Below, piece by piece: positions 17,409 through 27,073 of a stretch of 64,000 nucleotides of DNA. Positions within the stretch are counted from its first letter, which is position 1; each line of letters begins with the position of its first letter. Position numbers and translations under genes: made by a program. The DNA comes from Planctomycetota bacterium (GTDB lineage Bacteria; Planctomycetota; B15-G4). Below the pieces are notes generated by a model. The model was not told the DNA's origin, ran no database searches, and worked only from the letters and a program-made list of their open reading frames with translations. Location of the stretch: assembly GCA_965248575.1 (NCBI GenBank), contig CBDFJQ010000002.1, forward strand, positions 2,560,001-2,624,000, in the 5' to 3' direction.

Positions 17409-18548
17409 TCACGCTCCGAAGAACTCGGCGATCACATCGACGACGGACTGCTTGTGGTCGTCGGTGAGCTCGCTGTAGATCGGAATGGCCATGGTCTCAA
17501 GGGCCGCCGATTCCGTCACCGGGAAGTCGCCCGCCTTGAACCCGTGGTCCTTCAGAGCCGGCTGCACATGGCATCCGCTCGGGTAGTAGAGCACGCAGCC
17601 GATGTCGTTGGCGCGCATGTGGTTCAGCAGCGGATCGCGTTGCTCGGCCGCAACCCGGATGATGAACTGGTTGTAGATGTGGTGAACGCCAGGACGCACG
17701 TAGGGCATGCCCACCGCTTCCGTCAGCCCCCGCTCCGCGAACAGCTCGCGGTAATGGTCAGCGTTCTGGCGACGGGCCTCGGCCCAGCCGTCGAGGTACT
17801 TCAGCTTCACGCTCAACACCGCGGCCTGGATGCCGTCGAGGCGGAAGTTGCCGCCCAGCATCTCATGGTGGTAGGCGGGTTCCATGCCGTGGTTGCGCAT
17901 GATGGACATGGTGTGCGCGAGGGCGTCGTCGTTCGTGGTCACCAGACCACCATCCCCCGCCGCGCCCAGGTTCTTGCTGGGGTAGAAGGAGAAGCAGCCG
18001 GCAGTGCCCATGGACCCGGCCATGCGCCCATCGGCATCCCGTGCACCGATGGCCTGCGCCGCATCTTCGATCACGGGCAGCTTGTGCTTTGCTGCGATCG
18101 CGTTCACAGCGGTCATGTCGGCAACCTGGCCGAAGAGGTGCACCGGCACGATCGCCTTGGTCTTCTCGGTGATGGCGGCTTCGAGCTTGTCGACGTCCAG
18201 GTTGTAGGTTTTCGGCTCGATGTCGACGAACACGATGCGCGCACCCAGACGAGCGATGCAGCCGACGGTGGCGAAGAAGGTGTACGGCGACGTGATCACC
18301 TCATCGCCGGGGCCCACACCCAAGGCCGTCATGGCCACCAGCAGAGCGTCCGTCCCACTCGACACCCCCACCCCGTGCGCTGCTCCCGTGTAGTCGGCGA
18401 GCTCCTTCTCCAAGGTCTGCACGTAGGGCCCACCGATGAAGGCGAGCTTGTCGAAGACGCCGTCCACAGCGCTGCGCAGCTCCTCACGAAGAGGAGCGTA
18501 CTGAGCCTGGAGATCGAGCAGGGGAACCTTGAGGCGCGTCATGGTCAT
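17409..18548 (-). CDS. DegT/DnrJ/EryC1/StrS family PLP-dependent sugar aminotransferase
   Basis: VSSGTDAL, PVHLFGQ, IEDAAQAIG, SFYPSKNLG, NFRLD. Confidence 0.93.
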   Translation of the reverse strand: MTMTRLKVPLLDLQAQYAPLREELRSAVDGVFDKLAFIGGPYVQTLEKELADYTGAAHGVGVSSGTDALLVAMTALGVGPGDEVITSPYTFFATVGCIARLGARIVFVDIEPKTYNLDVDKLEAAITEKTKAIVPVHLFGQVADMTAVNAIAAKHKLPVIEDAAQAIGARDADGRMAGSMGTAGCFSFYPSKNLGAAGDGGLVTTNDDALAHTMSIMRNHGMEPAYHHEMLGGNFRLDGIQAAVLSVKLKYLDGWAEARRQNADHYRELFAERGLTEAVGMPYVRPGVHHIYNQFIIRVAAEQRDPLLNHMRANDIGCVLYYPSGCHVQPALKDHGFKAGDFPVTESAALETMAIPIYSELTDDHKQSVVDVIAEFFGA

Positions 18549-18662
18549 GGAATTCCTCGTCACGGATGGGGCGGCCCCGCGGGCACGCGGCGCCACCATA
18601 GCGCATCGATTCCGCTCAATCGAAGCGGTGAAACGCCTGAGATTCCCCGTGAAGGGAGGCGA

Positions 18663-19352
18663 TCAGTCCGCGGCGGTCGGCGCGGCCGGCAGCAAGTCGC
18701 AAAAGGCGAAGCCGTCCCGCTCGACCCGCTCCCCCACCCGGATTGGGACCGGGCGCTCGAACATGGGCCCATCGTGGACGAAGGTGTGGAATTCACCGTT
18801 CTCGCCGCAGGGATCGATGTCCGCAGGAAAGCCCTCCAGCAGCTCCGGCTCCCAAGCGCTTCCCACGGTCTCCACGGGTAGCTTCTTCGGGTCGATGCAG
18901 CTGATCCGGGCTTGCACCCCTGCCGCCCACATCTCCGTCGCCAACTCAGCCGTGTCCCTTCCCCAGAGCGGGAAGAGAACCTCCAGCCCACTCGCCTTCA
19001 GCTGGGTCTCGCGATACGCGCGGATGTCCTCCAGGAACAGGTCCCCAAAAGCCATGGCCTGGACGCCCTCGTCCAGCGCCCGCTGCACCATGCGCTGCAT
19101 GGTCTCGGCGTAGATCTCGTTGGAGCAGGGATAGGGGATCGGCGCGATCCAGAGTGGGACGCCCACAGCGTCGGCCTGAGCCTCGAGCAGCTCCTGGCGG
19201 ACCGCATGCATGGCCACCCGCTTGTGTGTCTCATTGACGGTCGTCAGCAGCGCAACCACTTCGAGCTCCGGTTGCTGCCGAAGAACATGCAGGGACCAGG
19301 CGCTGTCCTTCCCGCTACTCCAGCTCAGGATCACTCGGCGCTTGGCGGACAT
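18663..19352 (-). CDS. PP-loop ATPase, Dph6/MJ0570-like
   Basis: LSWSSGKDS, FGDLFLEDIRAYRE, DPCGENGEFHTFV. Confidence 0.88.
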   Translation of the reverse strand: MSAKRRVILSWSSGKDSAWSLHVLRQQPELEVVALLTTVNETHKRVAMHAVRQELLEAQADAVGVPLWIAPIPYPCSNEIYAETMQRMVQRALDEGVQAMAFGDLFLEDIRAYRETQLKASGLEVLFPLWGRDTAELATEMWAAGVQARISCIDPKKLPVETVGSAWEPELLEGFPADIDPCGENGEFHTFVHDGPMFERPVPIRVGERVERDGFAFCDLLPAAPTAAD

Positions 19353-19403
19353 GCTGGTCTCCGATCTGGCCGTTGAAGGTTGTCGAACCACATCCTGAAC
19401 GTG

Positions 19404-19447
19404 AAGAAGGGCGCCCTCAGCGACCTCTCGCTGATGACACCCTTCTT
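19404..19447 (-). other. 20-bp RNA hairpin in the leader of the PP-loop ATPase gene
   Basis: Minus strand AAGAAGGGUGUCAUCAGCGA-GAGG-UCGCUGAGGGCGCCCUUCUU: 19 of 20 positions pair, including 2 G-U that pair only on this strand. Confidence 0.55.
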
Positions 19448-19588
19448 GCAGGGGACTCGCAGCCCTGCCAGCTCGAATTCATGTGGCCGGAACTCTCAAT
19501 CGACGTCTGTCGACGTCTCAGTCTCCGTCGCCCGAGCAGCCACGATTTCACCTGTCCCGGGTTCGGGACCAAGCGAAGCCGATGGGCT

Positions 19589-19996
19589 CTAGCTCTCCGA
19601 GCCGTCGTCACCCACCACCAGCACGGTGACGAGATCGATGATTCCCGTGATGGGCAGGAAAGCCGTATCGATGGGAATCGTGAAGATGCTGGCGAGGATC
19701 TGGTAGCCCAGCCCCATCTCGCTGCGACCGACGGTGCGGCTCGACGCGTACGAGAGGTAGGTGTGCTTCGGGCTGTACTGCTCGTCGCGGAAGATCAGGT
19801 CACCCGCCATGGTGGCCGGGGACACGATCGAGTCGAAGATGGCCAGGGGGAACACACCCAGGACCTTCGGAACGATGTTGACGTCGGAGGCGACCCACTT
19901 TTCGGTGTCACCCATGTTCGTGTGCCGGTTGTAGCTGCAGCCGACGGTGCCCACGAGCAGCATGCCGACAATCACCCATCCCAAGCACTTCTTCAT
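19589..19996 (-). CDS. Small hypothetical lipoprotein
   Basis: MKKCLGWVIVGMLLVGTVGC lipobox; two similar hydrophobic motifs (PLAIFDSIVSPAT / TIPIDTAFLPIT) reminiscent of YceK/YidQ. Confidence 0.65.
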   Translation of the reverse strand: MKKCLGWVIVGMLLVGTVGCSYNRHTNMGDTEKWVASDVNIVPKVLGVFPLAIFDSIVSPATMAGDLIFRDEQYSPKHTYLSYASSRTVGRSEMGLGYQILASIFTIPIDTAFLPITGIIDLVTVLVVGDDGSES

Positions 19997-20227
19997 CTGT
20001 CCGGACAACACCTGGATCTCCGAGCTGCGAGACGTCGTGACGGTTGGGCCCTATCTTCGAGACGGGGACTCGAGAAGGCCGCGCGGAGTCTAACGGGGTG
20101 ATCCGAGACGCACAAGAGACCCGGAATCCTCCGGAAGCGATCCAGAGACCCGCTCCGCACGCAGCAATAGACAGCGGCCCGGCCCTGGCAACAGTCCCGG
20201 GCTCAGGAAGCGGCCGCGCGAGGCCCG

Positions 20228-20596
20228 CTATTCCGACTCGAAGCGGACCTTCTCAAGGCCGCCCGCGCCGGGTGCCTTGGGCAGGGTGATCAGCAGGACG
20301 CCCCCTTCAAACACCGCCTGAAGGGCATCGTCGGCCAGCAGGTCGTCGAAGTCGACGTTCAGCTGCCAGGTCACGAGGCGCCCCGCTGGGGCACCCGTCT
20401 GGACCTCGGCCGAGAGGCTCAGGACGCCCTTCTCGATGGCCAGATCGATGTTTCCGAGCTGACCTCCGGGGAGGTCAAAGAACAGGCGAAAGTCCTGCGG
20501 CCGCTCGATGAGATCGATGCGAGGCCGCAGGAGCTTGCCCTTCAGGCGCTGGGACGAGGGTGAAGAATCACCATGGCTGGGGAGTCGCGAACTCAC
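20228..20596 (-). CDS. Hsp20/alpha-crystallin family protein (divergent)
   Basis: PRIDLIE, FDLPG, GVLSLSAE, AVFEGGVLLITLPKA; GTGA overlap with the upstream hsp20. Confidence 0.8.
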   Translation of the reverse strand: MSSRLPSHGDSSPSSQRLKGKLLRPRIDLIERPQDFRLFFDLPGGQLGNIDLAIEKGVLSLSAEVQTGAPAGRLVTWQLNVDFDDLLADDALQAVFEGGVLLITLPKAPGAGGLEKVRFESE

Positions 20597-21045
20597 TCGC
20601 TGATGACCTGAACGGGGATCTGACGGGGCTTCAAGACGTCCGCCTTGGGCAGGACGATGGTCAGGATCCCCTGCCGGAGTTCGGCGGACACGCCCTCGCT
20701 CTGGACCTCGCAGGGCAGCTGAATCCGGCGTTCGAAGGCACCGCGATGACCTTCGGCGTGCAGGAGTTCGGCCCCCTCGGGCAACTCGCCATCCCGTTCG
20801 CCCTGGATGCTCAGCTCATCGGCCAGGACACTGAGATGAAGGCCCTCGATGGTGGCACCGGGCAGCTCGACCTCGACATGAAGGGCATGCTCATCAGCCC
20901 AGACACGCAGAGGCGGTTGGCCGGCGGTCCGGCCCTGGGCCTGAGCCTGGGAGCCTCCCGATTTCAGGATCTCATCCATCAGACTGGGAAAGGGGCGGGC
21001 GAAAAACGGCAGGGAGGAACGACGCATGGCGGACGGGGCGGACAT
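20593..21045 (-). CDS. Hsp20/alpha-crystallin family protein
   Basis: VEVELPG, LSIQGER, GAFERRIQLP, AELRQGILTIVLPK, PRQIPV; ATG 21045 with GGAG RBS. Confidence 0.9.
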   Translation of the reverse strand: MSAPSAMRRSSLPFFARPFPSLMDEILKSGGSQAQAQGRTAGQPPLRVWADEHALHVEVELPGATIEGLHLSVLADELSIQGERDGELPEGAELLHAEGHRGAFERRIQLPCEVQSEGVSAELRQGILTIVLPKADVLKPRQIPVQVISE

Positions 21046-21096
21046 GTTGACTCTCCGATTGGTGAGGTAAGGCGTCACGAGGACGCGTACCCCAGT

Positions 21097-21112
21097 TGCA
21101 AGGCCTGTGCCA
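21097..21112 (-). promoter_or_regulatory. Sigma-54 (-24/-12) promoter for the hsp20 pair
   Basis: Minus strand TGGCAC-AGGCC-TTGCA, an exact match to TGGCAC-N5-TTGCW, about 50 nt upstream of ATG 21045. Confidence 0.8.
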
Positions 21113-21405
21113 ATCGTGCCGAACAGGCTCCAAGCCCGAGAACACCCTCAAAACGGCCATTTGGCTCCAGCTTGGTAGCCTCGCACTTGGAATCTGCCAG
21201 GACTGAGCAGCTCAGCAGAGAGAATGCGGCCAAAACGGCGCATCGCCGCGCCGACTTGGCAGGCGAGCGCTCGGTTGGCGCCGGGTTGGGTCTGGTGCGG
21301 GTCGTGGGTATGGTCACCTCCCTTTTACGCGCCCACCCATCGGGCGCACCGCGGTCCCGCCAGCAGGATTCCTGATCCATTTGCAGGCGACGGAGGCTGG
21401 AACTC

Positions 21406-22116
21406 ATGAACTGGTTGACCCGGACCCTCGGCTCATCCGTTGGGCGGAAGATGCTCGTCGCTCTCACCGGGCTCGCCCTGGTGGGCTTCGTCATCACCCA
21501 CATGCTCGGCAATCTTCAGGTGTTCGCCGGCCGCGAGGCGCTCAACGCCTACGCCGCGAACATCAAGAGCCTGGGCCCCCTCCTCTGGGCCATGCGCGCT
21601 GGCCTCCTGCTCGCATTCGTGACGCACGTCGGGCTGGCCCTGAAGCTGGCTGCCGAGAACCGCGCGGCGCGGCCGGAGCGCTACGCGCACAACGCGCATG
21701 TGCAGAGCACCAGCGGTGCGCGCAGCATGGTCATCACGGGCCTCATGGTGCTGTTGTTCATCCTGTACCACCTGGCGCACTTCACCTTCGGCCTCACGGA
21801 CCCGGGGAGTTTCAACGCCGACGAGGCGATCATGACCGCGGCGGGGCCGGTCAACCGCCACGACGTGTACTACATGGTCGTGACCGGATTTCAGCAGCCG
21901 CTGGTGACGATCCTCTACATCGCCGCCATGGTCTGCCTTGCCCTGCACATGAGTCATGGCGTGCAGAGCGTCTTCCAATCCTTGGGTCTCAACCATCCCA
22001 AGCACGAGCCGCTCATCCGCAAGCTGGCCGTCGGCTTGGCCTGGGTGATCTTCCTCGGCAACGCGGCCATGCCTGTCGCCGTGCTCGCCGGTCTCGTCGA
22101 CCTTCCTGGAGCCTGA
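21406..22116 (+). CDS. sdhC: Succinate dehydrogenase cytochrome b subunit (single-subunit di-haem type)
   Basis: SSVGRKMLVALTG, THMLGN, LYHLAHF, HMSHGVQSVFQSLG; precedes sdhA. Confidence 0.92.
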   Translation: MNWLTRTLGSSVGRKMLVALTGLALVGFVITHMLGNLQVFAGREALNAYAANIKSLGPLLWAMRAGLLLAFVTHVGLALKLAAENRAARPERYAHNAHVQSTSGARSMVITGLMVLLFILYHLAHFTFGLTDPGSFNADEAIMTAAGPVNRHDVYYMVVTGFQQPLVTILYIAAMVCLALHMSHGVQSVFQSLGLNHPKHEPLIRKLAVGLAWVIFLGNAAMPVAVLAGLVDLPGA

Positions 22117-22119
22117 TCG

Positions 22120-24033
22120 ATGAAGCTCGACTCTGCCATTCCTGACGGTCCCATCGAGGGCAAGTGGGACAAGCATCGCTTCGAAATGAAACTGGTGAAT
22201 CCAGCCAACAAGCGCAAGTCGCGTGTGCTGGTCGTGGGCTCGGGCCTGGCGGGCGGCGCTGCTGCCGCGACCCTCGCCGAACTCGGCTACGAGGTGCTGT
22301 GCTTTTGCTTCCAGGACAGCCCGCGGCGCGCCCATAGCATCGCGGCCCAGGGCGGCATCAACAGTGCCAAGAACTACCAGAACGACGGCGACAGCGTTTA
22401 CCGCCTGTTCTACGACACGGTGAAGGGCGGCGACTTCCGTTCGCGCGAAGCGAACGTCTATCGCCTGTCCCAGGTGAGCACCAACATCATCGACCAGTGC
22501 GTGGCACAGGGCGTGCCCTTCGCTCGGGAGTACGGCGGGCAGTTGGCCAACCGCTCATTCGGCGGAGCGCAGGTCTCGCGCACCTTCTACGCTCGCGGGC
22601 AGACGGGCCAGCAGCTCTTGCTGGGTTGTTACGCCTCCCTCAGCCGTCAGATCGGCCTGGGGAACGTGAAGATGTTCCCGCGCACCGAGATGCTCGACGT
22701 CGTCACCGTCGAAGGGCAGGCGCGGGGCATCGTCACGCGCGACCTGGTGAGCGGCAAGATCGAGTCCTTCGCAGGCGACGCCGTCGTCCTCGCGACGGGT
22801 GGCTACAGCAACGTCTTCTACCTCTCGACCAACGCCAAGGGCTGCAACGTGACAGCCGCCTGGCGTGCCCACAAGCGCGGAGCCGGCTTCGCCAACCCCT
22901 GCTACACACAGATCCACCCAACCTGCATCCCCGTCAGCGGCGACCACCAGAGCAAGCTCACGCTCATGTCCGAGTCGTTGCGCAACGATGGGCGCGTGTG
23001 GGTGCCCACCGACGGCAGCGAGCAGCGCCCTGCGGGGAACATCCCGGAAGACGCCCGGGACTACTACCTGGAACGCAAGTACCCCAGCTTCGGCAACCTC
23101 GCGCCGCGTGACATCGCCTCGCGCAGCGCCAAGGAGGCCTGCGACGATGGGCGCGGCGTGGGGCCGGGAGCCCGGGGCGTCTACCTCGACTTCCGCGATG
23201 CCATCCAGCGCTTGGGGCAAGACACCATCGCCCAGCGCTACGGCAACCTGTTCGAGATGTATCAACGCATCACGGACGACAACCCCTACGAAGTCCCCAT
23301 GCGCATCTACCCCGCGCCGCACTACACCATGGGCGGCCTGTGGGTGGACTACAACCTGCAGAGCACCGTGCCCGGCATGCACGTGATCGGCGAAGCCAAC
23401 TTCAGCGACCACGGCGCCAACCGCCTGGGAGCCTCGGCGCTCATGCAGGGCCTCGCGGATGGATACTTCGTCCTGCCCTACACGATCGGTCACTACTTCG
23501 CGACGCACAAGCCGGAACCCATCACAACGGATCACCCTGACTTCAAGCGCACCGAGCAAGAGGTCAACGACCGCATCAAGCGCCTCATCTCCGTCGGTGG
23601 CAAGCGGACGCCAGACTCCTTCCACCGCGAACTGGGCCGCATCATGTGGAACGGCTGCGGCATGGCACGCACGAAGGAGAGCCTGGAAGAGGTGCTCGCC
23701 AAGGTGCCCGCCCTGCGCGAGGAGTTCTGGAACGACGTCCGTGTGGTGGGCGGCCAGAGCGAGATGAACAACGCTCTCGAACAGGCAGGTCGCGTGGCGG
23801 ACTTCCTCGAGTTCGGCGAGACGATGGCCCTCGACGCCCTCACCCGCGATGAGTCCTGCGGCGGCCACTTCCGCGAAGAACACCAGACGGAGGATGGCGA
23901 GGCCGTTCGCAACGACGAGGACTTCTGCCACGCCACCGTCTGGGAGTACACCGGCGAAGGGAAGAAGCCCAACGAGCATCGCGAACAGCTCGACTTCCCG
24001 AACGTCCCGCTCGCAACCCGTAGCTACAAGTAG
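22120..24033 (+). CDS. sdhA: Succinate dehydrogenase / fumarate reductase flavoprotein
   Basis: [21 protein letters not shown] (FAD His), [26 protein letters not shown]. Confidence 0.96.
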   Translation: MKLDSAIPDGPIEGKWDKHRFEMKLVNPANKRKSRVLVVGSGLAGGAAAATLAELGYEVLCFCFQDSPRRAHSIAAQGGINSAKNYQNDGDSVYRLFYDTVKGGDFRSREANVYRLSQVSTNIIDQCVAQGVPFAREYGGQLANRSFGGAQVSRTFYARGQTGQQLLLGCYASLSRQIGLGNVKMFPRTEMLDVVTVEGQARGIVTRDLVSGKIESFAGDAVVLATGGYSNVFYLSTNAKGCNVTAAWRAHKRGAGFANPCYTQIHPTCIPVSGDHQSKLTLMSESLRNDGRVWVPTDGSEQRPAGNIPEDARDYYLERKYPSFGNLAPRDIASRSAKEACDDGRGVGPGARGVYLDFRDAIQRLGQDTIAQRYGNLFEMYQRITDDNPYEVPMRIYPAPHYTMGGLWVDYNLQSTVPGMHVIGEANFSDHGANRLGASALMQGLADGYFVLPYTIGHYFATHKPEPITTDHPDFKRTEQEVNDRIKRLISVGGKRTPDSFHRELGRIMWNGCGMARTKESLEEVLAKVPALREEFWNDVRVVGGQSEMNNALEQAGRVADFLEFGETMALDALTRDESCGGHFREEHQTEDGEAVRNDEDFCHATVWEYTGEGKKPNEHREQLDFPNVPLATRSYK

Positions 24034-24044
24034 GCTGACGAACC

Positions 24045-24794
24045 ATGAAGCTGACACTGCGTATCTGGCGACAGAATGGCCCCGACGCCGCGGGCAAGAT
24101 GGAAGAACACGCGCTCGCAGACGTGAGCCCGGACATGTCCTTCCTCGAGATGCTCGATGTCCTCAACGAGTCGCTGCAGAACGAGGGCAAGCAGCCGGTC
24201 GCCTTTGACCACGACTGTCGCGAAGGCATCTGCGGCACCTGCTCGCTGGTCATCAATGGCGTGGCCCACGGCCCCATGAAGGCCACGACCACCTGCCAGC
24301 TCCACATGCGGACGTTCAAGGACGGCGACACCATCGACATCGAGCCGTTTCGGGCCAAGGCCTTCCCAGTCTTGCGCGACCTCTGCGTCGATCGCAACGC
24401 CTTCGACCGCATCCAGGCCCAGGGCGGCTTCGTGTCGGTCAACACCGGCGGCGCCCAGGACGCCAACGCCATCCCCATCGGCAAGGTGGATGCCGACACC
24501 GCCATGGATGCCGCCGCCTGCATCGGCTGCGGAGCGTGCGTCGCAGCGTGCCCCAACGCGTCCGCCATGCTGTTCGTTTCGGCAAAGATCGGACATCTCG
24601 CCAACCTGCCACAGGGCCAGCCCGAACGGAGCCGCCGTGCGATCTCCATGGTGAGCGCCATGGACGCCGAAGGCTTCGGCAACTGCCGAAACATCTACGA
24701 GTGCGAAGCCGTCTGCCCCAAGGAAATCAGCCACCACTTCATCGCCGGCATGAACCGCGACTACGTGAAGGCGTCGATCTGCAGCAAGGAGTAG
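24045..24794 (+). CDS. sdhB: Succinate dehydrogenase / fumarate reductase iron-sulfur subunit
   Basis: [34 protein letters not shown]. Confidence 0.96.
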   Translation: MKLTLRIWRQNGPDAAGKMEEHALADVSPDMSFLEMLDVLNESLQNEGKQPVAFDHDCREGICGTCSLVINGVAHGPMKATTTCQLHMRTFKDGDTIDIEPFRAKAFPVLRDLCVDRNAFDRIQAQGGFVSVNTGGAQDANAIPIGKVDADTAMDAAACIGCGACVAACPNASAMLFVSAKIGHLANLPQGQPERSRRAISMVSAMDAEGFGNCRNIYECEAVCPKEISHHFIAGMNRDYVKASICSKE

Positions 24795-24819
24795 GGCGGA
24801 GTCAGCCCAGTTCAGTGGC

Positions 24820-25956
24820 TCAGCTGGCGCCGAGCGGCACGATGTCGATCAATCCGGTGACGCCGCTGGCTGAGACGGCCCTGGCTGCGAGCAGGTGCAT
24901 CCCCGAGTTCAAGGCTGGCATCGCTCCGTGCAGGGACCACCCGCTGTGCAGCCAATCCGGGCGGGCCTTCGCATCCGCCACATCCGCGCGCGGCTGATCG
25001 ACAGCAACTTCCGCCACCAGTCGACCGTCCAGCAGCAACTGCACGGCTCTCACGGGCGTCGCTCGTCGGGTGTCCGCGGCCCAGCCATCCAGATGGAATT
25101 CTCCATCCCGCACGATGACGCGGTCGATGACCCCCTGCACGCAGGACACGTTTCGCCAGGCCTGCAGGCCCGGCAGCGGCGACTTGCTGGCCACGAAGAC
25201 GTCTTGCAGCATCCAGAGGTCCCGCTCCAGCGAGCAGATCTGCGCGACGCCCTGCTCGCGGGCGATGTCCTCCACCACCCGCCGCTCCACGAAGGTGGAG
25301 CCATACTCGGCTTCATCCAAGCCCAGGCTCTCGCTCTGGGGAATGAAGGTGAATCCGGAGGGATCCTTGCTCACCTCACGCACGACATCCGGACCATGGG
25401 TGGAGAAGACCAGGAGCCCTTCGTCCGAGAGGGCGTCGTAGAGCACCTGCAACCATTGAGCAAACCGAGCCCGTGGGAGGTGCGAGAAGAGCGAGCTGAC
25501 GAAGATCAGGTCGAAGCCCTGACCCACATCGAAGCGGGCCGGGTCCGTGCGCGAGAGGCGCGCGTCCACCGCCAGCGCTTGCCCTACGAAATCCACTGCC
25601 GGCGCCAGGATCTCAGCCGTGGTGATGCGCTCGGGAGGCAACTCCCGCACCAGATGCCGGGTCACGCGGCCATAGCCGCTGGCCATCTCCAGCACCTTGC
25701 GAGCCGTGCCCAGGCTGCGACCGGCTGCCTGCATGACGTTGTGCAACGACTGGATGACCTCCCGGCCGTCCCGGTAGTACTGCAACCGGGAACGGCCGGG
25801 ATGGACAGCCTCTGCCAGACGCGCCGTGAGGAACATCTCGTCCGCAGGGTGAATCTGCTCGCAGAAGCCTGTCGCCAGCCCCTCCAACTCGAGGTAGGCC
25901 CGACCGATCCGGCGCGAGAGATCCGATTCCTGCAACGACTCCGAGACGTCCGACAT
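24820..25956 (-). CDS. Class I SAM methyltransferase with a C-terminal Ig-like domain
   Basis: VLEMASGYGRVTR, FDLIFVSSLFSHL, LLVFSTHG; C-terminal GWAAD...RADVA...SGW domain. Confidence 0.8.
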   Translation of the reverse strand: MSDVSESLQESDLSRRIGRAYLELEGLATGFCEQIHPADEMFLTARLAEAVHPGRSRLQYYRDGREVIQSLHNVMQAAGRSLGTARKVLEMASGYGRVTRHLVRELPPERITTAEILAPAVDFVGQALAVDARLSRTDPARFDVGQGFDLIFVSSLFSHLPRARFAQWLQVLYDALSDEGLLVFSTHGPDVVREVSKDPSGFTFIPQSESLGLDEAEYGSTFVERRVVEDIAREQGVAQICSLERDLWMLQDVFVASKSPLPGLQAWRNVSCVQGVIDRVIVRDGEFHLDGWAADTRRATPVRAVQLLLDGRLVAEVAVDQPRADVADAKARPDWLHSGWSLHGAMPALNSGMHLLAARAVSASGVTGLIDIVPLGAS

Positions 25957-25987
25957 GCGCGACTGCCCTTGGCCCGAGGGCCCGGGA

Positions 25988-26932
25988 CTAGCCCTCCTTG
26001 AAGAGGTGCAGATCCTGCTGCGGGTAAGGGATGGAGATCCCCGCGGCGTCGAAGCGCTCCTTCACCGTCTTGGTGACGTCAAACTTCACGGCCCAGTAGT
26101 CACCGGTCTTCGACCACGGCCGGCAGACGAAGTTCACCGAGGAATCGGCCAACTCGGCCACCTGAATCACCGGCGCCGGGTCCGCCAGCACGAGATCGTG
26201 ACTCTTCACGATCTCCTCGATGATGGCACCCGCCTTGTCCATGTCGTCGCCGTAACCGATACCGAAGGTCATGTCGACGCGACGCGTGTCATTCGCCGTG
26301 ACGTTGCGGATGACGCCGCCCCAGATGGCGCCGTTCGGGACGGTGAGCTTCTGGTTGTCTGGCGTCAGCAGAATCGTGGACACAAGGCTCATGGCGTCCA
26401 CCTTGCCCGTCTGTCCGGCGACCTCGACCACATCTCCGATGTCGTAGGGGCGGTAGAGCAGGATCATGATGCCGGCAGCAAAGTTGCCGAGCGTGTCTTG
26501 CAGGGCGAAGCCGATCACGAAACCGAGAACGCCCAGCCCAGCCAGGAGCGGGCCGATGTCGATGCCCAGCTGGCCGAGGCCCATGACGAAACCGAGCAAC
26601 AAGACGATCTTCTTCGTCGAGGTGACGAAGAAGTCCTTGAGCAGGTCACTGGCGTTGAGCTTCTTGCCGCTCATGGCCTTGTGGACCACCTTGCCCAGTA
26701 CGTTGCCGACGATCTTCGCGACGAACAGGATCACCAAGAAGATGGCGAAGTTGATGGCGAACGCGATGCCGCCATCCGGGTCCGTCAACCAGGCCTGGGC
26801 GTCCGCGATGAAGCCGGACGCCTGATCGGCCGCGCTCTTTGGTGCGACCTCTTCGGCACCTTCAGCGGCGGTCTCGGCGTCTTGGGGGAGGAAGGCGAAG
26901 ACGGAGGAAAAAGCAGTCATCAATGCGTGCAT
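25988..26932 (-). CDS. mscS: Small-conductance mechanosensitive channel
   Basis: GFVIGFALQDTLGNFAAG, RPYDIGD, TVPNG, RRVDMTFGIGY, GISIPYPQ. Confidence 0.93.
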   Translation of the reverse strand: MHALMTAFSSVFAFLPQDAETAAEGAEEVAPKSAADQASGFIADAQAWLTDPDGGIAFAINFAIFLVILFVAKIVGNVLGKVVHKAMSGKKLNASDLLKDFFVTSTKKIVLLLGFVMGLGQLGIDIGPLLAGLGVLGFVIGFALQDTLGNFAAGIMILLYRPYDIGDVVEVAGQTGKVDAMSLVSTILLTPDNQKLTVPNGAIWGGVIRNVTANDTRRVDMTFGIGYGDDMDKAGAIIEEIVKSHDLVLADPAPVIQVAELADSSVNFVCRPWSKTGDYWAVKFDVTKTVKERFDAAGISIPYPQQDLHLFKEG

Positions 26933-27073
26933 GGAGAAACTCCGGAAACGGGGTAATCGTCGGATCCGCGCTGCTCAAGCGCTGGTACGCGTGCTCCAAA
27001 CCCACCCGTGGAGCCCCGACGATGGGCAGGAGATTGCCGGATCGAGGGGTCCTGGCGCAAACCCTGGGGAGGC

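Noticed and set aside
20020..20155. Five GAGAC-containing motifs upstream of the small lipoprotein gene
   Set aside because: Irregular spacing and a short motif; cannot be told from chance.
22555..24057. 500-aa ORF antisense to sdhA, and similar long ORFs at 17343-18881, 29802-31385, 37779-40079, 46974-48746, 51049-52404 and 57779-60073
   Set aside because: Antisense shadows of well-supported genes, expected in high-GC DNA; no recognisable motifs.
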